From the IMG/VR virus record IMGVR_UViG_3300038441_001119, positions 1 to 64,000 of that record: a stretch of 64,000 bases of DNA. The stretch is one strand, 5' to 3'. Positions 53,877-62,635 of the stretch are shown in pieces. Each line of letters starts with the position of its first letter. Positions within the stretch are counted from its first letter, which is position 1. The translations under genes were made by a program, and so were the position numbers. The notes under the pieces are model-generated. The model was not told the origin of the DNA and did not search any database. It worked only from the letters and a program-made list of their open reading frames with translations.

Positions 53877-54860
53877 TTAGATCAGAAGATTCTCCTGAGT
53901 GATAGCTTTGATCAGTTTTTCAACTGTAGGATTATCCTCCTTATATTTCTGAATGATCTGTTCATCCATGTAGTCAGGATTTTTTCTTCCTGTATAACAG
54001 TGGAATTTGTTATGTAGAAATGCTTTGTTATCCTTATACCTTCCATGGTCTGGTAAACATGAAGCCAAGGAAATAGCCACGTGTGGATGCTTCTTAATCA
54101 GCTTCAAACTGGCAGCCATATACTTTGCGTATCTCTTGCTCATGTATACTGGTCTGTCCTTGTTCTCCATGTATACCAGAGCCAAAGCATGTCTGTTCTC
54201 CAGATTCAGGAAACCAATGGAGAAAGTCTTCCACCATTGTTTAAGGTAAACATAAGTAGAGAGACCAAGAGCCATTCCCATAATGCTGCCCACATCCTTT
54301 GGAGAAGTGTGCGCTAGAGCGCCGGTTTGATTCGCAAGTGCCGCGACCCCCAGTACGAATACAGGATATGGGATGGCGATATTGGTGAGATTTTTCTTAA
54401 CCCATTTCTCCAGTATCGTCAGAGGTTGAAGGACATGCTTATCTAAGTAGGTTGTAATATATTTAGCGGTAAGATCGTTCATCCGCTCTTCGTCAATAGC
54501 TTGTCCGGGTGCCTCTTCCTTGCATTCTTCTTCCGCTTGTTTCAATGCTGATCTAACACAGAACCAGATCCTATCCTTCCCCGCTCTCGCACCGTGATTA
54601 GCTATACCTGTGCGAAGCAACCAGCCGGGAGGTCTTACAGTAAGTATACGTCCCAGTACGTTGAGGCTGATCACCGACAGGATCGGGATAGCCATCAGTT
54701 TCGGGTTAGCCATCTTGTCCTCCTGTCCAAACCACAGAACAAGCATCAGGATCAACCCAAGCATACTGCCTAGCATGATCGTAAGGCGTGAAACGTATTC
54801 TGGTGGAGCGCAGACCGAGTCTTTCAGGTCTGCTTGGTAGACTTTTGTATGTGGTTGCAT
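53877..54860 (-). CDS. Multi-pass membrane hypothetical protein
   Basis: 327 aa with about four hydrophobic segments. Confidence 0.7.
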   Translation of the reverse strand: MQPHTKVYQADLKDSVCAPPEYVSRLTIMLGSMLGLILMLVLWFGQEDKMANPKLMAIPILSVISLNVLGRILTVRPPGWLLRTGIANHGARAGKDRIWFCVRSALKQAEEECKEEAPGQAIDEERMNDLTAKYITTYLDKHVLQPLTILEKWVKKNLTNIAIPYPVFVLGVAALANQTGALAHTSPKDVGSIMGMALGLSTYVYLKQWWKTFSIGFLNLENRHALALVYMENKDRPVYMSKRYAKYMAASLKLIKKHPHVAISLASCLPDHGRYKDNKAFLHNKFHCYTGRKNPDYMDEQIIQKYKEDNPTVEKLIKAITQENLLI

Positions 54861-55396
54861 TACTGTATGAATGTGTAGGTGGCTTTTGTGTAGTCCCCGT
54901 GCAGGGCTGCCAGTGGGGGTTCTGTTGGGATCTTGGGTTCTTCGAGGCGTTGCGTGGAAAGAAGGATACCCGTGTGAGGGCAGACATCTTCCAGACGGAT
55001 GGACAGGGCTGTAAGGAGGTGCTCTGTAGTCCGGTGTATTGTTGTTTCCACTGCGGTGGGTTCAAATGTGTTATCCAGCTGGAAATCCAGAATACCATGC
55101 TCGGTAACCCACATCCTCATAATGTGCAGAACCATAGGTTCTCGGTACTCTTCGTACTCGCCGGTTATAACCTTCAGCAGTTTGCGGAACGGGTGCAGCT
55201 TCCTCCAATCATTCAGATTTCCAACGTGCAGGTTGGTGGCCAGCTCATTGAGAGTGATCAGAGTCTCGGATATTGTACGAACCCATCCGATAGGTATGAA
55301 GTCCGGAGTAGTCAGCAACGATATCCGGTGGTTGTGTTCCAATTGATTGTTGAATAGAACGACAGCGCCGTTCTCAGGAGGGGTTGGTTTAGACAT
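54860..55396 (-). CDS. Hypothetical protein
   Basis: 178-aa ORF. Confidence 0.7.
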   Translation of the reverse strand: MSKPTPPENGAVVLFNNQLEHNHRISLLTTPDFIPIGWVRTISETLITLNELATNLHVGNLNDWRKLHPFRKLLKVITGEYEEYREPMVLHIMRMWVTEHGILDFQLDNTFEPTAVETTIHRTTEHLLTALSIRLEDVCPHTGILLSTQRLEEPKIPTEPPLAALHGDYTKATYTFIQ

Positions 55397-55411
55397 GTGT
55401 GAAATAAAAGG

Positions 55412-55441
55412 AAAAAGCCCGGAGGGTTCCCTCCGGGCTTT
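55412..55441 (-). terminator. Intrinsic terminator
   Basis: AAAGCCCGGAGGG-TTC-CCTCCGGGCTTT. Confidence 0.7.
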
Positions 55442-55443
55442 GG

Positions 55444-55716
55444 TCAGGGTGGTGTGGGTGGTCCAAAGTGACGCGAGAACAGATCCCTATTCTCAGGCCA
55501 CCTTGTTATCGCATGCATGCAGTCCTCGCAGTAGTACTTGTGTGTACCCCTGTTGTACCAGAAGATACCTTCCGTCGCTTGGCATGCCTTGCGGTAGCAT
55601 CTCTTACCAAGTTCTCCAGCATCAGGCATCCGCCCGTACTTGTCCAAGAGCTTGGGGTCGATGTCACCTTTCGGGATTTCATAATAAAGTGCGAGTGGAT
55701 GTTTGAACATGGTCAT
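55444..55716 (-). CDS. Small Cys/His-rich hypothetical protein
   Basis: C-x4-C, WYNRGT-x-KYYC-x2-C. Confidence 0.65.
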   Translation of the reverse strand: MTMFKHPLALYYEIPKGDIDPKLLDKYGRMPDAGELGKRCYRKACQATEGIFWYNRGTHKYYCEDCMHAITRWPENRDLFSRHFGPPTPP

Positions 55717-56648
55717 AGTCCTACGTCTTTGCATGCTGCCTCCAACTCCTTGTCGAAGTCGTAGGCTTTTTCAGTTTCAAGAAGGTCCGCGATGTTGTCC
55801 ACACGTGCCCCGGCATTCTTATAAGGAGGAAGTCCCTGCAGAATGTTGAGAGCAATGTGTGCGAAGATCTGAACGGAGTCCGTGTTGCGGTGACCCTTCA
55901 GTTTCGGTTCAGCGAACAATGCCTCCCAGAGAGTCTGTGTACTGGTGACATGCAGTCCCAGTCCCACTTTCTCAGCGGCATACAGACGAGTGATACCAAA
56001 GTCACGCAGACAGAGCAAATCCCAGAACGACGAGGACAGGGAGGTGCTCGCTACCTTGGGTTGAGGGAACACTGTCTTCTGTGTCAGCGCCCAGTAACCC
56101 AGCGGATCGCAGGTACCGATGTTCTTGATGTCATTGAGCTTGTCCACCGACCAGATGTGCTTGCCTGTAGCGTCACCAAGGTAAGGACCAAAGTTCAGCT
56201 TGAATTTGTGCTCATCCAGATGTAGGTAGATTTCGTTGTCCTCCACTTTGTGATTGAGGAGCATCAACTGTGCAAGTGTGGCAAGATTCTGGCGTTGTTT
56301 TTGAGTCATTGGGAAATACTGTAGTAAGTTTCGGGGTTCTTCTATCAGAGTCCAGTCCTTCCAGTCCTGCCAAGGGGTTGCAGGGTTGAATGTTCCTACT
56401 CCATCTTTTCGGTGGTACACCAGTCGACCTGAAGACAAGTCTTCACTGATGATGGGATACCTGTCATGCGGGCTAGCCTTGGTGACTACTCTGCATGCCC
56501 TTCCGTTGTGGTAGCGTGTACTTCCATTTTCGGAGGGGTGGTGGTTTGTTGAGTCTTCCGGCGGTTCAATTCTTTTTCGAAATAGACGGCTTTTTGACAG
56601 CTGCGTACTGCGAAAAAGCCTAATACGATTAAAGCTATCAATAGACAT
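55713..56648 (-). CDS. Hypothetical protein; C-terminal domain paralogous to 57339-57821
   Basis: Shared L..LA.L.L.NH and CD.LG.W motifs; start uncertain. Confidence 0.7.
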   Translation of the reverse strand: MSIDSFNRIRLFRSTQLSKSRLFRKRIEPPEDSTNHHPSENGSTRYHNGRACRVVTKASPHDRYPIISEDLSSGRLVYHRKDGVGTFNPATPWQDWKDWTLIEEPRNLLQYFPMTQKQRQNLATLAQLMLLNHKVEDNEIYLHLDEHKFKLNFGPYLGDATGKHIWSVDKLNDIKNIGTCDPLGYWALTQKTVFPQPKVASTSLSSSFWDLLCLRDFGITRLYAAEKVGLGLHVTSTQTLWEALFAEPKLKGHRNTDSVQIFAHIALNILQGLPPYKNAGARVDNIADLLETEKAYDFDKELEAACKDVGL

Positions 56649-56722
56649 ATGATAAAGGATACGATGCGTGCTGCGACGTCGAACATGTCGTCGAGAAGTT
56701 TTCGAATGATGTCAGCGTCCAT
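56486..56722 (-). CDS. Small membrane protein
   Basis: One TM helix; overlaps the 5' end of the next ORF. Confidence 0.45.
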   Translation of the reverse strand: MDADIIRKLLDDMFDVAARIVSFIICLLIALIVLGFFAVRSCQKAVYFEKELNRRKTQQTTTPPKMEVHATTTEGHAE

Positions 56723-56858
56723 TGTACTTTTCGTAGGCTTTGCGTTCCAGTTTTCTGCCTGTATGCATACCAATACCGCAACCAAGAATGAACGAGGATA
56801 CAGCAATGAACAGCACAAGCAGGACAGCCTCTCGGGTGGATAGGATGTTGAGTTTCAT
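56712..56858 (-). CDS. 48-aa membrane peptide (MKLNILSTREAVLLVLFIAVSSFILGCGIGMHTGRKLERKAYEKYNGR)
   Basis: Translated by hand; overlaps the upstream stop. Confidence 0.55.
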   Translation of the reverse strand: MKLNILSTREAVLLVLFIAVSSFILGCGIGMHTGRKLERKAYEKYNGR

Positions 56859-57088
56859 TTATTCTTGTATTTCATGTCCGCGTACAAGCAGAGCAGAATG
56901 AAAAAGGGACCGAACAGGTAGAGCAGGATGTATAGCGTAAGCTTCAACCTCCTTACCGACCATTTGGATTTCATGGACATTGCGTCCAACCTGTGCGGCA
57001 TTCCGTTAACTGCTGCCATCACATGCGATCCACAGTATATGTTGAACAGCAGGTACAGGAGCAGTATTAGCGTTATGGTGTGGGACAT
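56855..57088 (-). CDS. Small membrane protein
   Basis: Two TM helices; start MSHTI. Confidence 0.6.
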   Translation of the reverse strand: MSHTITLILLLYLLFNIYCGSHVMAAVNGMPHRLDAMSMKSKWSVRRLKLTLYILLYLFGPFFILLCLYADMKYKNK

Positions 57089-57342
57089 GGTTCGTTTTTC
57101 TTCAGGTGTTTGCGTGCCAATTGTTTCCAACCTTCTCCCCAAGTGCGCATACTTTTGAACGCTTCCCTGATGTTCTCCATTTCATCAGGGAGGTTCACCA
57201 GACTTGCATAGATGTCGCTGGTGCGTTCGTCCTCGATCTCCATGTTGTCGAGAGCAAACTCCAGCTTGTCTATAATGGCATCAATAGTAGGGCACTGGGG
57301 CGGAGGCTGTGCTTCGATATTATACTGATCTTCCGATGTCAT
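57073..57342 (-). CDS. Small coiled-coil protein
   Basis: CP-x-ID...E-x-IR-x5-R-x-WG motif; ATGA overlap. Confidence 0.65.
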   Translation of the reverse strand: MTSEDQYNIEAQPPPQCPTIDAIIDKLEFALDNMEIEDERTSDIYASLVNLPDEMENIREAFKSMRTWGEGWKQLARKHLKKNEPCPTP

Positions 57343-57821
57343 TTCGGCTTGGCTTCCGAGGTTAACCTTGCTTGCAGACAATCCAACATGTCGTTGAGAT
57401 CCTCCACGTCGTAGGTCAGCTCACTATAGCACCCGTGCCTGAGCAACCAGTCGTCATACCATACGAAGGCGATCACTCTTCTAGTGAACTCACGGACTCC
57501 GTATTTGGGGTCATGAGCGAACATGTAGTAGTACGGTGTGTTCTTCTTAATGGATAACTGCACACCGAATTCACGCTGGAGGATCTCAGCCCAGTTGTCT
57601 TTTTCATGTTCCACACATTCAGGATGTGCATAAACCCAGAAGCCTAGGGCATCGCACTTGTCCGCGTTGGTCACATGAAACGGATAACTGATAGGCACAC
57701 CATTCTCGGAAGCAAACTCGGCAGGGCTGTATCCGAGGTCCCACCCTTCATGCATACAGTCAGTATGGTTCAGTACGAGATCCGCAAGTTCCAGTAGGTT
57801 AAGTTTTTGGTCGAGGGTCAT
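57339..57821 (-). CDS. Hypothetical protein, paralogue of the 55713-56648 C-terminal domain
   Basis: LLELADLVLNH, CDALGFW. Confidence 0.7.
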   Translation of the reverse strand: MTLDQKLNLLELADLVLNHTDCMHEGWDLGYSPAEFASENGVPISYPFHVTNADKCDALGFWVYAHPECVEHEKDNWAEILQREFGVQLSIKKNTPYYYMFAHDPKYGVREFTRRVIAFVWYDDWLLRHGCYSELTYDVEDLNDMLDCLQARLTSEAKPK

Positions 57822-57840
57822 AGGGAGGTGCTGTAAATGG

Positions 57841-58215
57841 TTAATCGGATAACAGTTCGTCCCAGCCTTTGGGGCGGGATTTTTCTACCATCTTCAAACA
57901 AGGGGTACAGTGATTGAACCAAAAGATGCTAACCTGCTCGTTGACTCTTTTGAATTCGTTCGGATTATCCTTATCCTTTTCGATAGCAGCGGCTTCACCG
58001 GTGATTTCCTCTATGAAAGTCCAGAGCAGAAGCCTGTTCTCGTAGTTACCATTCTCCCGTGCCAGATCGTACAGCTTTGCGAATTTCTCGCGATGCTCCT
58101 TGGGGATGATGTACGTGTGAAGCTTTGGTGACGCAGGCTTCGGTTTCCTGAAGAAAAGCTTGGCCCAAAAGCCTTGCTTAATTACCGGGGGTGTTGTCGG
58201 GAGGGTGGTGTCCAT
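57841..58215 (-). CDS. Hypothetical protein
   Basis: 124-aa ORF. Confidence 0.65.
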   Translation of the reverse strand: MDTTLPTTPPVIKQGFWAKLFFRKPKPASPKLHTYIIPKEHREKFAKLYDLARENGNYENRLLLWTFIEEITGEAAAIEKDKDNPNEFKRVNEQVSIFWFNHCTPCLKMVEKSRPKGWDELLSD

Positions 58216-58726
58216 CTGTTTCTGGGAGAGTAGGGACTTCAGGTACGTCTGGTCCTTTGAGATCCTGCAGTTCAGCTTTCAGTTTGTCCAAGGCGTCAGC
58301 CTGTTGCTTGTTAAGCTCAGCGGCCTTGTCGAGTTTTGCCTGCAGCTTCCTTTCGGATTCTGTCAGAGCTACGATTTTGTAATACCGCTGCGAGGATTCG
58401 TCTCTTGCAGCATCTCGCTCGCGTTCGATGGTGGCTATCTGCACTGCATTCCGAATCATCCTGTTGACCTCGCCCTGTGAAACACTAGTGCCTGCCTGAT
58501 CTGGAATCATTGCATCGCGAATCTTGACAATGTCACACGAGGCGTGGATAGCCTGAATGACTTGTTTGATCAGTTTGCACACGCAGAGGATGGCTACAAT
58601 ACCTACGCTATAAGGTACGATGATCTTCAGGAATTCCAGAACGATCCAGACGATTGCGAAGTCTTTGACTCCTTCGGCGGTACCTTGAACTACTTCAAGG
58701 ATCGTTTTCATTTTTGCGAAGTCCAT
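58178..58726 (-). CDS. Membrane-anchored coiled-coil protein
   Basis: TM segment followed by a heptad region. Confidence 0.65.
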   Translation of the reverse strand: MDFAKMKTILEVVQGTAEGVKDFAIVWIVLEFLKIIVPYSVGIVAILCVCKLIKQVIQAIHASCDIVKIRDAMIPDQAGTSVSQGEVNRMIRNAVQIATIERERDAARDESSQRYYKIVALTESERKLQAKLDKAAELNKQQADALDKLKAELQDLKGPDVPEVPTLPETDGHHPPDNTPGN

Positions 58727-58743
58727 ATTGGGTAACGGTGAGA

Positions 58744-59139
58744 TTAGTCGATAAGTTCAACCCAGCCGGTTGGTGCGTCCACGACGCGCATAAAGATAGC
58801 CAGAGGTGCATTACATCCTTTGTAGTTTCTCTCACGCAAATAGAAGATACCGATAGGATCCGCAGGGTTCTTGCGATCCGCATTGATGATCTTCAGCAGG
58901 TAGGAGTTGAGGTTGATTACCGCCCTTTCGAAGTTGTGTGGAGTAATGTGCGAATGGTTCAGGTTACGTTCCATCGCATTCTTCTTATGTTCCTCCTGCG
59001 CCTTTCTTTCGATAAGCGAGGTTACTTCAGGGATGTGTTTCTCAGGGATGAGGTATGTCGCATGAGTTTTTGGTTTCACCTTGTCCTCCTCTTTCGGCGG
59101 AGTAGATGGGGGTCTACCGAACGCTAGTATGTTTATCAT
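58744..59139 (-). CDS. Hypothetical protein
   Basis: 131-aa ORF, first after promoter 59248. Confidence 0.6.
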   Translation of the reverse strand: MINILAFGRPPSTPPKEEDKVKPKTHATYLIPEKHIPEVTSLIERKAQEEHKKNAMERNLNHSHITPHNFERAVINLNSYLLKIINADRKNPADPIGIFYLRERNYKGCNAPLAIFMRVVDAPTGWVELID

Positions 59140-59247
59140 GTGTATGTTGTTGGGGGTAAAAACAATTCAGGGGAACCGGCATGCATTGCAGTACCGGTTC
59201 CCCTTAGGAATTAATCACCAATTTCTTGTAGACAACTGTGTTACCTA

Positions 59248-59263
59248 CAAGATTATATAACTC
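59248..59263 (-). promoter_or_regulatory. Phage promoter motif GAGTTATATAATCTTG
   Basis: Motif copy. Confidence 0.7.
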
Positions 59264-59283
59264 AAACCACCCTCTGGTTGCTA

Positions 59284-59535
59284 TTACTTCTTAACCACCT
59301 TGGAGAGAGTCCCTTCGCCATCATCTTTATATTCTTGTAGAGGGACGAACTCGACCTTGGGAAAAAGCTTCTTGTAATTCTTAGCTTCAGGAGTCTTATC
59401 CGTGAAGGTGCAGGTCTGTTGACCATCTTGGAAAAAGACAATACCGACCTTACCATCCATATCCACCAGTTCAATGAAACGAAACTCGGGAGGCAGTTGG
59501 ATGTAATCGCCGTTTGTCTTTCTTAGTCTGATCAA
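59284..59535 (-). CDS. Hypothetical protein
   Basis: 83 aa; ATGA overlap. Confidence 0.7.
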   Translation of the reverse strand: MIRLRKTNGDYIQLPPEFRFIELVDMDGKVGIVFFQDGQQTCTFTDKTPEAKNYKKLFPKVEFVPLQEYKDDGEGTLSKVVKK

Positions 59536-60071
59536 AATGCCTGCATTTGTTGATTCATCTCCTGATCCTTAAGGAAGGACTGAACCACACGGGTTACTTG
59601 TTCGAAGTCCTGCTCAAGAGCTTCAATGCGAGCTTGCAACTCTTGGTTGCCCTCTTCCTTCTCTTGCTGCAGTTGATCGAATCCTGCCTTAAGCTCTTCT
59701 ATATGTCCAGAGATTTCCTCAACTGCTTGTGCCACTTCTTGAATCACCTGTACGAGCTGTGCGAGATCTTCTTCGCTGACCCCTGAGACCATAGGATCGC
59801 CACCGCCCTGTGGGGGAGGCCCTGCAGGAGCGCCCTGAGGAGGAGCACCTCCCATCATAGCAGGGTCCATGGGTTGTCCAGTGGCTGGATCAATTGGCAT
59901 GCCTGTAGCAGGATCCACTGGAGGACCACCAGCAGGAGCACCCTGAGGAGGAGCGCCTCCCGGGGGCATGCCGCCACCCGGAGGAACCATGGGCTGGAAT
60001 GCCTTCTTGACAATCAATTCCTTCAGTTCCTTCATGGCGCTGATGCTATCTTCAATTTGTTTCCTATCCAT
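59532..60071 (-). CDS. Pro/Gly/Met-rich low-complexity plus coiled-coil protein (possible scaffold or virion protein)
   Basis: GGAPPQGAPAG twice, DPATG twice, acidic coiled-coil C-terminus. Confidence 0.8.
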   Translation of the reverse strand: MDRKQIEDSISAMKELKELIVKKAFQPMVPPGGGMPPGGAPPQGAPAGGPPVDPATGMPIDPATGQPMDPAMMGGAPPQGAPAGPPPQGGGDPMVSGVSEEDLAQLVQVIQEVAQAVEEISGHIEELKAGFDQLQQEKEEGNQELQARIEALEQDFEQVTRVVQSFLKDQEMNQQMQAF

Positions 60072-60087
60072 AGGGCGACTTCTAAGT

Positions 60088-60116
60088 AGTTTACATTTTT
60101 TTAACTACTGTGTCAC
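60088..60116 (-). promoter_or_regulatory. sigma70-like promoter GTGACA-17-TAAACT
   Basis: 16 nt upstream of ATG 60071. Confidence 0.55.
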
Positions 60117-60164
60117 GGGTTTATGATAGGTAAAGAAAAGGGACCCAGTAGGTCCCTTTTCGTT

Positions 60165-60581
60165 TCAATTGGCTACAGCCGCTACCTGAGGTTTATGTTC
60201 CTTCAGATATCCCTCGATGTAGCTCGGGTAATGTATTGGGTTCGCGATAGGCTGAACTTCTGCGTTCAAATATGACACGAAGAAGCGTTGCCCGTTGCGA
60301 GGATCGTCAGCAGTGAGTAGCAGAAATCCAGTTCTCTTTTCGTACTGGACGTAGTGCTTATTTCCGATCTCATCGACCGTTGTGGAATACAATGTATCCA
60401 AGGTCTCACACTTATTTGGAATAAATGTACTGGGACCGACCGGATGTTTGATAGTGTACGTGAAGTACTCGTTCTTGGCTTTCTCTTCGGCGTTCGATAC
60501 GTGAAGGATCAGCTTGACGGTTCCGAAGACCGTAGCAAGTCCTAGAAAAATCAAAAAGGCGAATGATTTATTTGAGTTCAT
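60165..60581 (-). CDS. Membrane-anchored hypothetical protein
   Basis: N-terminal TM; follows promoter 60607. Confidence 0.65.
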   Translation of the reverse strand: MNSNKSFAFLIFLGLATVFGTVKLILHVSNAEEKAKNEYFTYTIKHPVGPSTFIPNKCETLDTLYSTTVDEIGNKHYVQYEKRTGFLLLTADDPRNGQRFFVSYLNAEVQPIANPIHYPSYIEGYLKEHKPQVAAVAN

Positions 60582-60606
60582 AGCTTTGTGTTGAATAGGG
60601 GTTACT

Positions 60607-60622
60607 CAAAGCTATATACCCT
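60607..60622 (-). promoter_or_regulatory. Phage promoter motif AGGGTATATAGCTTTG (variant)
   Basis: Motif copy with a 5' hairpin. Confidence 0.55.
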
Positions 60623-60623
60623 G

Positions 60624-61844
60624 TTATACCGGATTATTGCCTATTTGAGGACCTTGTACTGGAGCAGGGACTGGCATACCTCCCATAGGAGCAGGAGGCA
60701 TCATAGGAGGAGGTCCGATCTCAACGTTATCCGACAGTCTTACCTTCTTGTCTCTGATGGCTTGCATAGCTGTAGCCTCGTCAGGGAAGTAGTGGGTCTC
60801 CTTGGCAGGACGTTGGTGCGCGGAGTACAGCCCAAGGATCTGCTCGTGCTTCAGTGCGGGAACAATCTTGTCAGCTTCCTTGATGGAGTAAACCATCTTG
60901 GAAGGCATAAGGATGTCCTTGGCCTCATCCACAGACTCCTTCATGGAAGGAACGTGGATGTTCAGAGTATCACCGTCGTGGTCAAGGTTAAGGCCAGTGG
61001 ACACATATGGATTGGTAGCAACGTTGTCTCCGTCGATTAGTTTTGGCCATCCTGCAAGGACGTTGTACTTGTGCCACGCTGGAGCGCGAGAGTAGATAAC
61101 AGGACGCTCAGTTACTTCCCGGTCCAGTGCTTTCTTGGCGAAGTCCGTACGCTTGGAAACGTGCTCAAGGGCAGACAGGGAACTCATACCTGACTGCACA
61201 AGGCGGCGTTGGATATATGGGCCGTACACCTTCCATGCCATGTCAATAGGGATACCGATCTGATCCATGTCGAGATCTGGATTAGCGGTAGCAACGCCAC
61301 GTCCGACAGAGTCCATTGTCTTGGAGAATAGACGGCGATGAAATATAGAGTGCTTGGGACCAGCTCCTTTTCCAATGAGATGGTCCAGGAAGCCGCTGAC
61401 ACCGCGTTGTTTTGTCTTAGGGTTGACGGCCTCGCCATACCCATAAACAGCTTTAGCAGCGTTGTAGAGTTGGTATGCAGCATCTTTGGAGCCTTCTTCT
61501 CCAACCTCACCCTTGAGATCATTGTAGACTCCCTTGTAGTTGATCAGGTCCTTGTACAGCTCGTTTGCGTCACCGGGCATGAAGGTGTCGCCTGTGATGG
61601 AGAACGGTCTGAAGACAGGGGGAATGACTGGTACCTTGGAGATGGTCAGGTCAGCAGGCGCAATCTCATTCTTGCGCAAACCCGCAATGACGTTGAGGAT
61701 CTTGACGGCAGGTCCGCGCTTGGTCTTCTTGCCTGTAGCCAGATCATCCCTAGCTTGTTTCTCCAGAGCGTCAATGTCGACTTCCTGCAATGCCTTGTAG
61801 ATGGCCATTGGTCCGGTTCCATAACGTCTTTCTTCCTGCTGCAT
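60624..61844 (-). CDS. rpoC: Multisubunit RNA polymerase beta' subunit, catalytic (N-proximal) piece
   Basis: VPVIPPVFRP, RRLFSKTMDSVGRGV, SRAPAWH, catalytic NLDHDGD (60969-60989; NADFDGD equivalent). Confidence 0.92.
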   Translation of the reverse strand: MQQEERRYGTGPMAIYKALQEVDIDALEKQARDDLATGKKTKRGPAVKILNVIAGLRKNEIAPADLTISKVPVIPPVFRPFSITGDTFMPGDANELYKDLINYKGVYNDLKGEVGEEGSKDAAYQLYNAAKAVYGYGEAVNPKTKQRGVSGFLDHLIGKGAGPKHSIFHRRLFSKTMDSVGRGVATANPDLDMDQIGIPIDMAWKVYGPYIQRRLVQSGMSSLSALEHVSKRTDFAKKALDREVTERPVIYSRAPAWHKYNVLAGWPKLIDGDNVATNPYVSTGLNLDHDGDTLNIHVPSMKESVDEAKDILMPSKMVYSIKEADKIVPALKHEQILGLYSAHQRPAKETHYFPDEATAMQAIRDKKVRLSDNVEIGPPPMMPPAPMGGMPVPAPVQGPQIGNNPV

Positions 61845-61882
61845 TCCTTGTATTGTAATGCATACAGGGTTCTATTACATAA

Positions 61883-61915
61883 AAAAATAGCGCCCCTTTT
61901 GAGGGCGCTATTTTT
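61883..61915 (-). terminator. Intrinsic terminator
   Basis: 13-bp stem AAAAATAGCGCCC/GGGCGCTATTTTT. Confidence 0.8.
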
Positions 61916-62166
61916 CAAACCTTACCTAGTTCTTCGTCTAGTAGTTTCTGGTAATGGGCTATTTGTTTCTCGATACCGGGATACGGACAGTGCTGGAAAT
62001 GACCGTCGTAACTAAGGGCTGGGGCGGATTTACCACACCCTGCACACATATAGTAAGGGTTACCTCCTCCTATAGGTACATCCTCCCTTATCTTTCCTCG
62101 GAGAGTATTTATCCTGTTCTGTAAACGTACAGCCCGGGGAATGTGGTTATCCTTCATTGTAACCAT
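61915..62166 (-). CDS. Small Cys-containing hypothetical protein
   Basis: NPYYMCAGC...H..HC. Confidence 0.6.
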   Translation of the reverse strand: MVTMKDNHIPRAVRLQNRINTLRGKIREDVPIGGGNPYYMCAGCGKSAPALSYDGHFQHCPYPGIEKQIAHYQKLLDEELGKV

Positions 62167-62342
62167 AATTTGATTAGCCGTACGGAAGCCGCCACCACCA
62201 CAAGCAATCCTATATGAAACATGAATGCGGCAAAGAAATCCACCACTGCTGTAAGCCTGTCAGTATGCGGTCGTCCTTTGTATCCTTTGAAAACCAGAGC
62301 AGGCAGTATCAGGCGTCGGTAAATATTTGGAAAGTCTTTCAT
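62154..62342 (-). CDS. Small membrane protein
   Basis: 62 aa; C-terminal TM. Confidence 0.55.
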   Translation of the reverse strand: MKDFPNIYRRLILPALVFKGYKGRPHTDRLTAVVDFFAAFMFHIGLLVVVAASVRLIKLWLQ

Positions 62343-62635
62343 GCGGCGTAAGTGGGTACGAGTCTGGATATCAGTATCAAGCCTTTGGGTCCTCTGATAA
62401 TAAGTTCATCAGGCAGGGACAGCTCAAACAGTTGCCTCATATGCAGATACCATTTGGTGGTCTCTTCGTTGCTCTTGTTACTGAAGGGTGTTATCCCTAC
62501 CATCACCATCTGAGCTGCGTTCATTTCGCTCCACTGCTCTTTGGCCTTCTGCTGTACATGCTGACGTAGGGCAGTCAAGTCGTACACAGGGATTGACGAA
62601 TCAGGGCCTATGGGGATAGGTTTTTCAGTGGGCAC
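62339..62635 (-). CDS. Hypothetical protein
   Basis: 98-aa ORF. Confidence 0.6.
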   Translation of the reverse strand: MPTEKPIPIGPDSSIPVYDLTALRQHVQQKAKEQWSEMNAAQMVMVGITPFSNKSNEETTKWYLHMRQLFELSLPDELIIRGPKGLILISRLVPTYAA

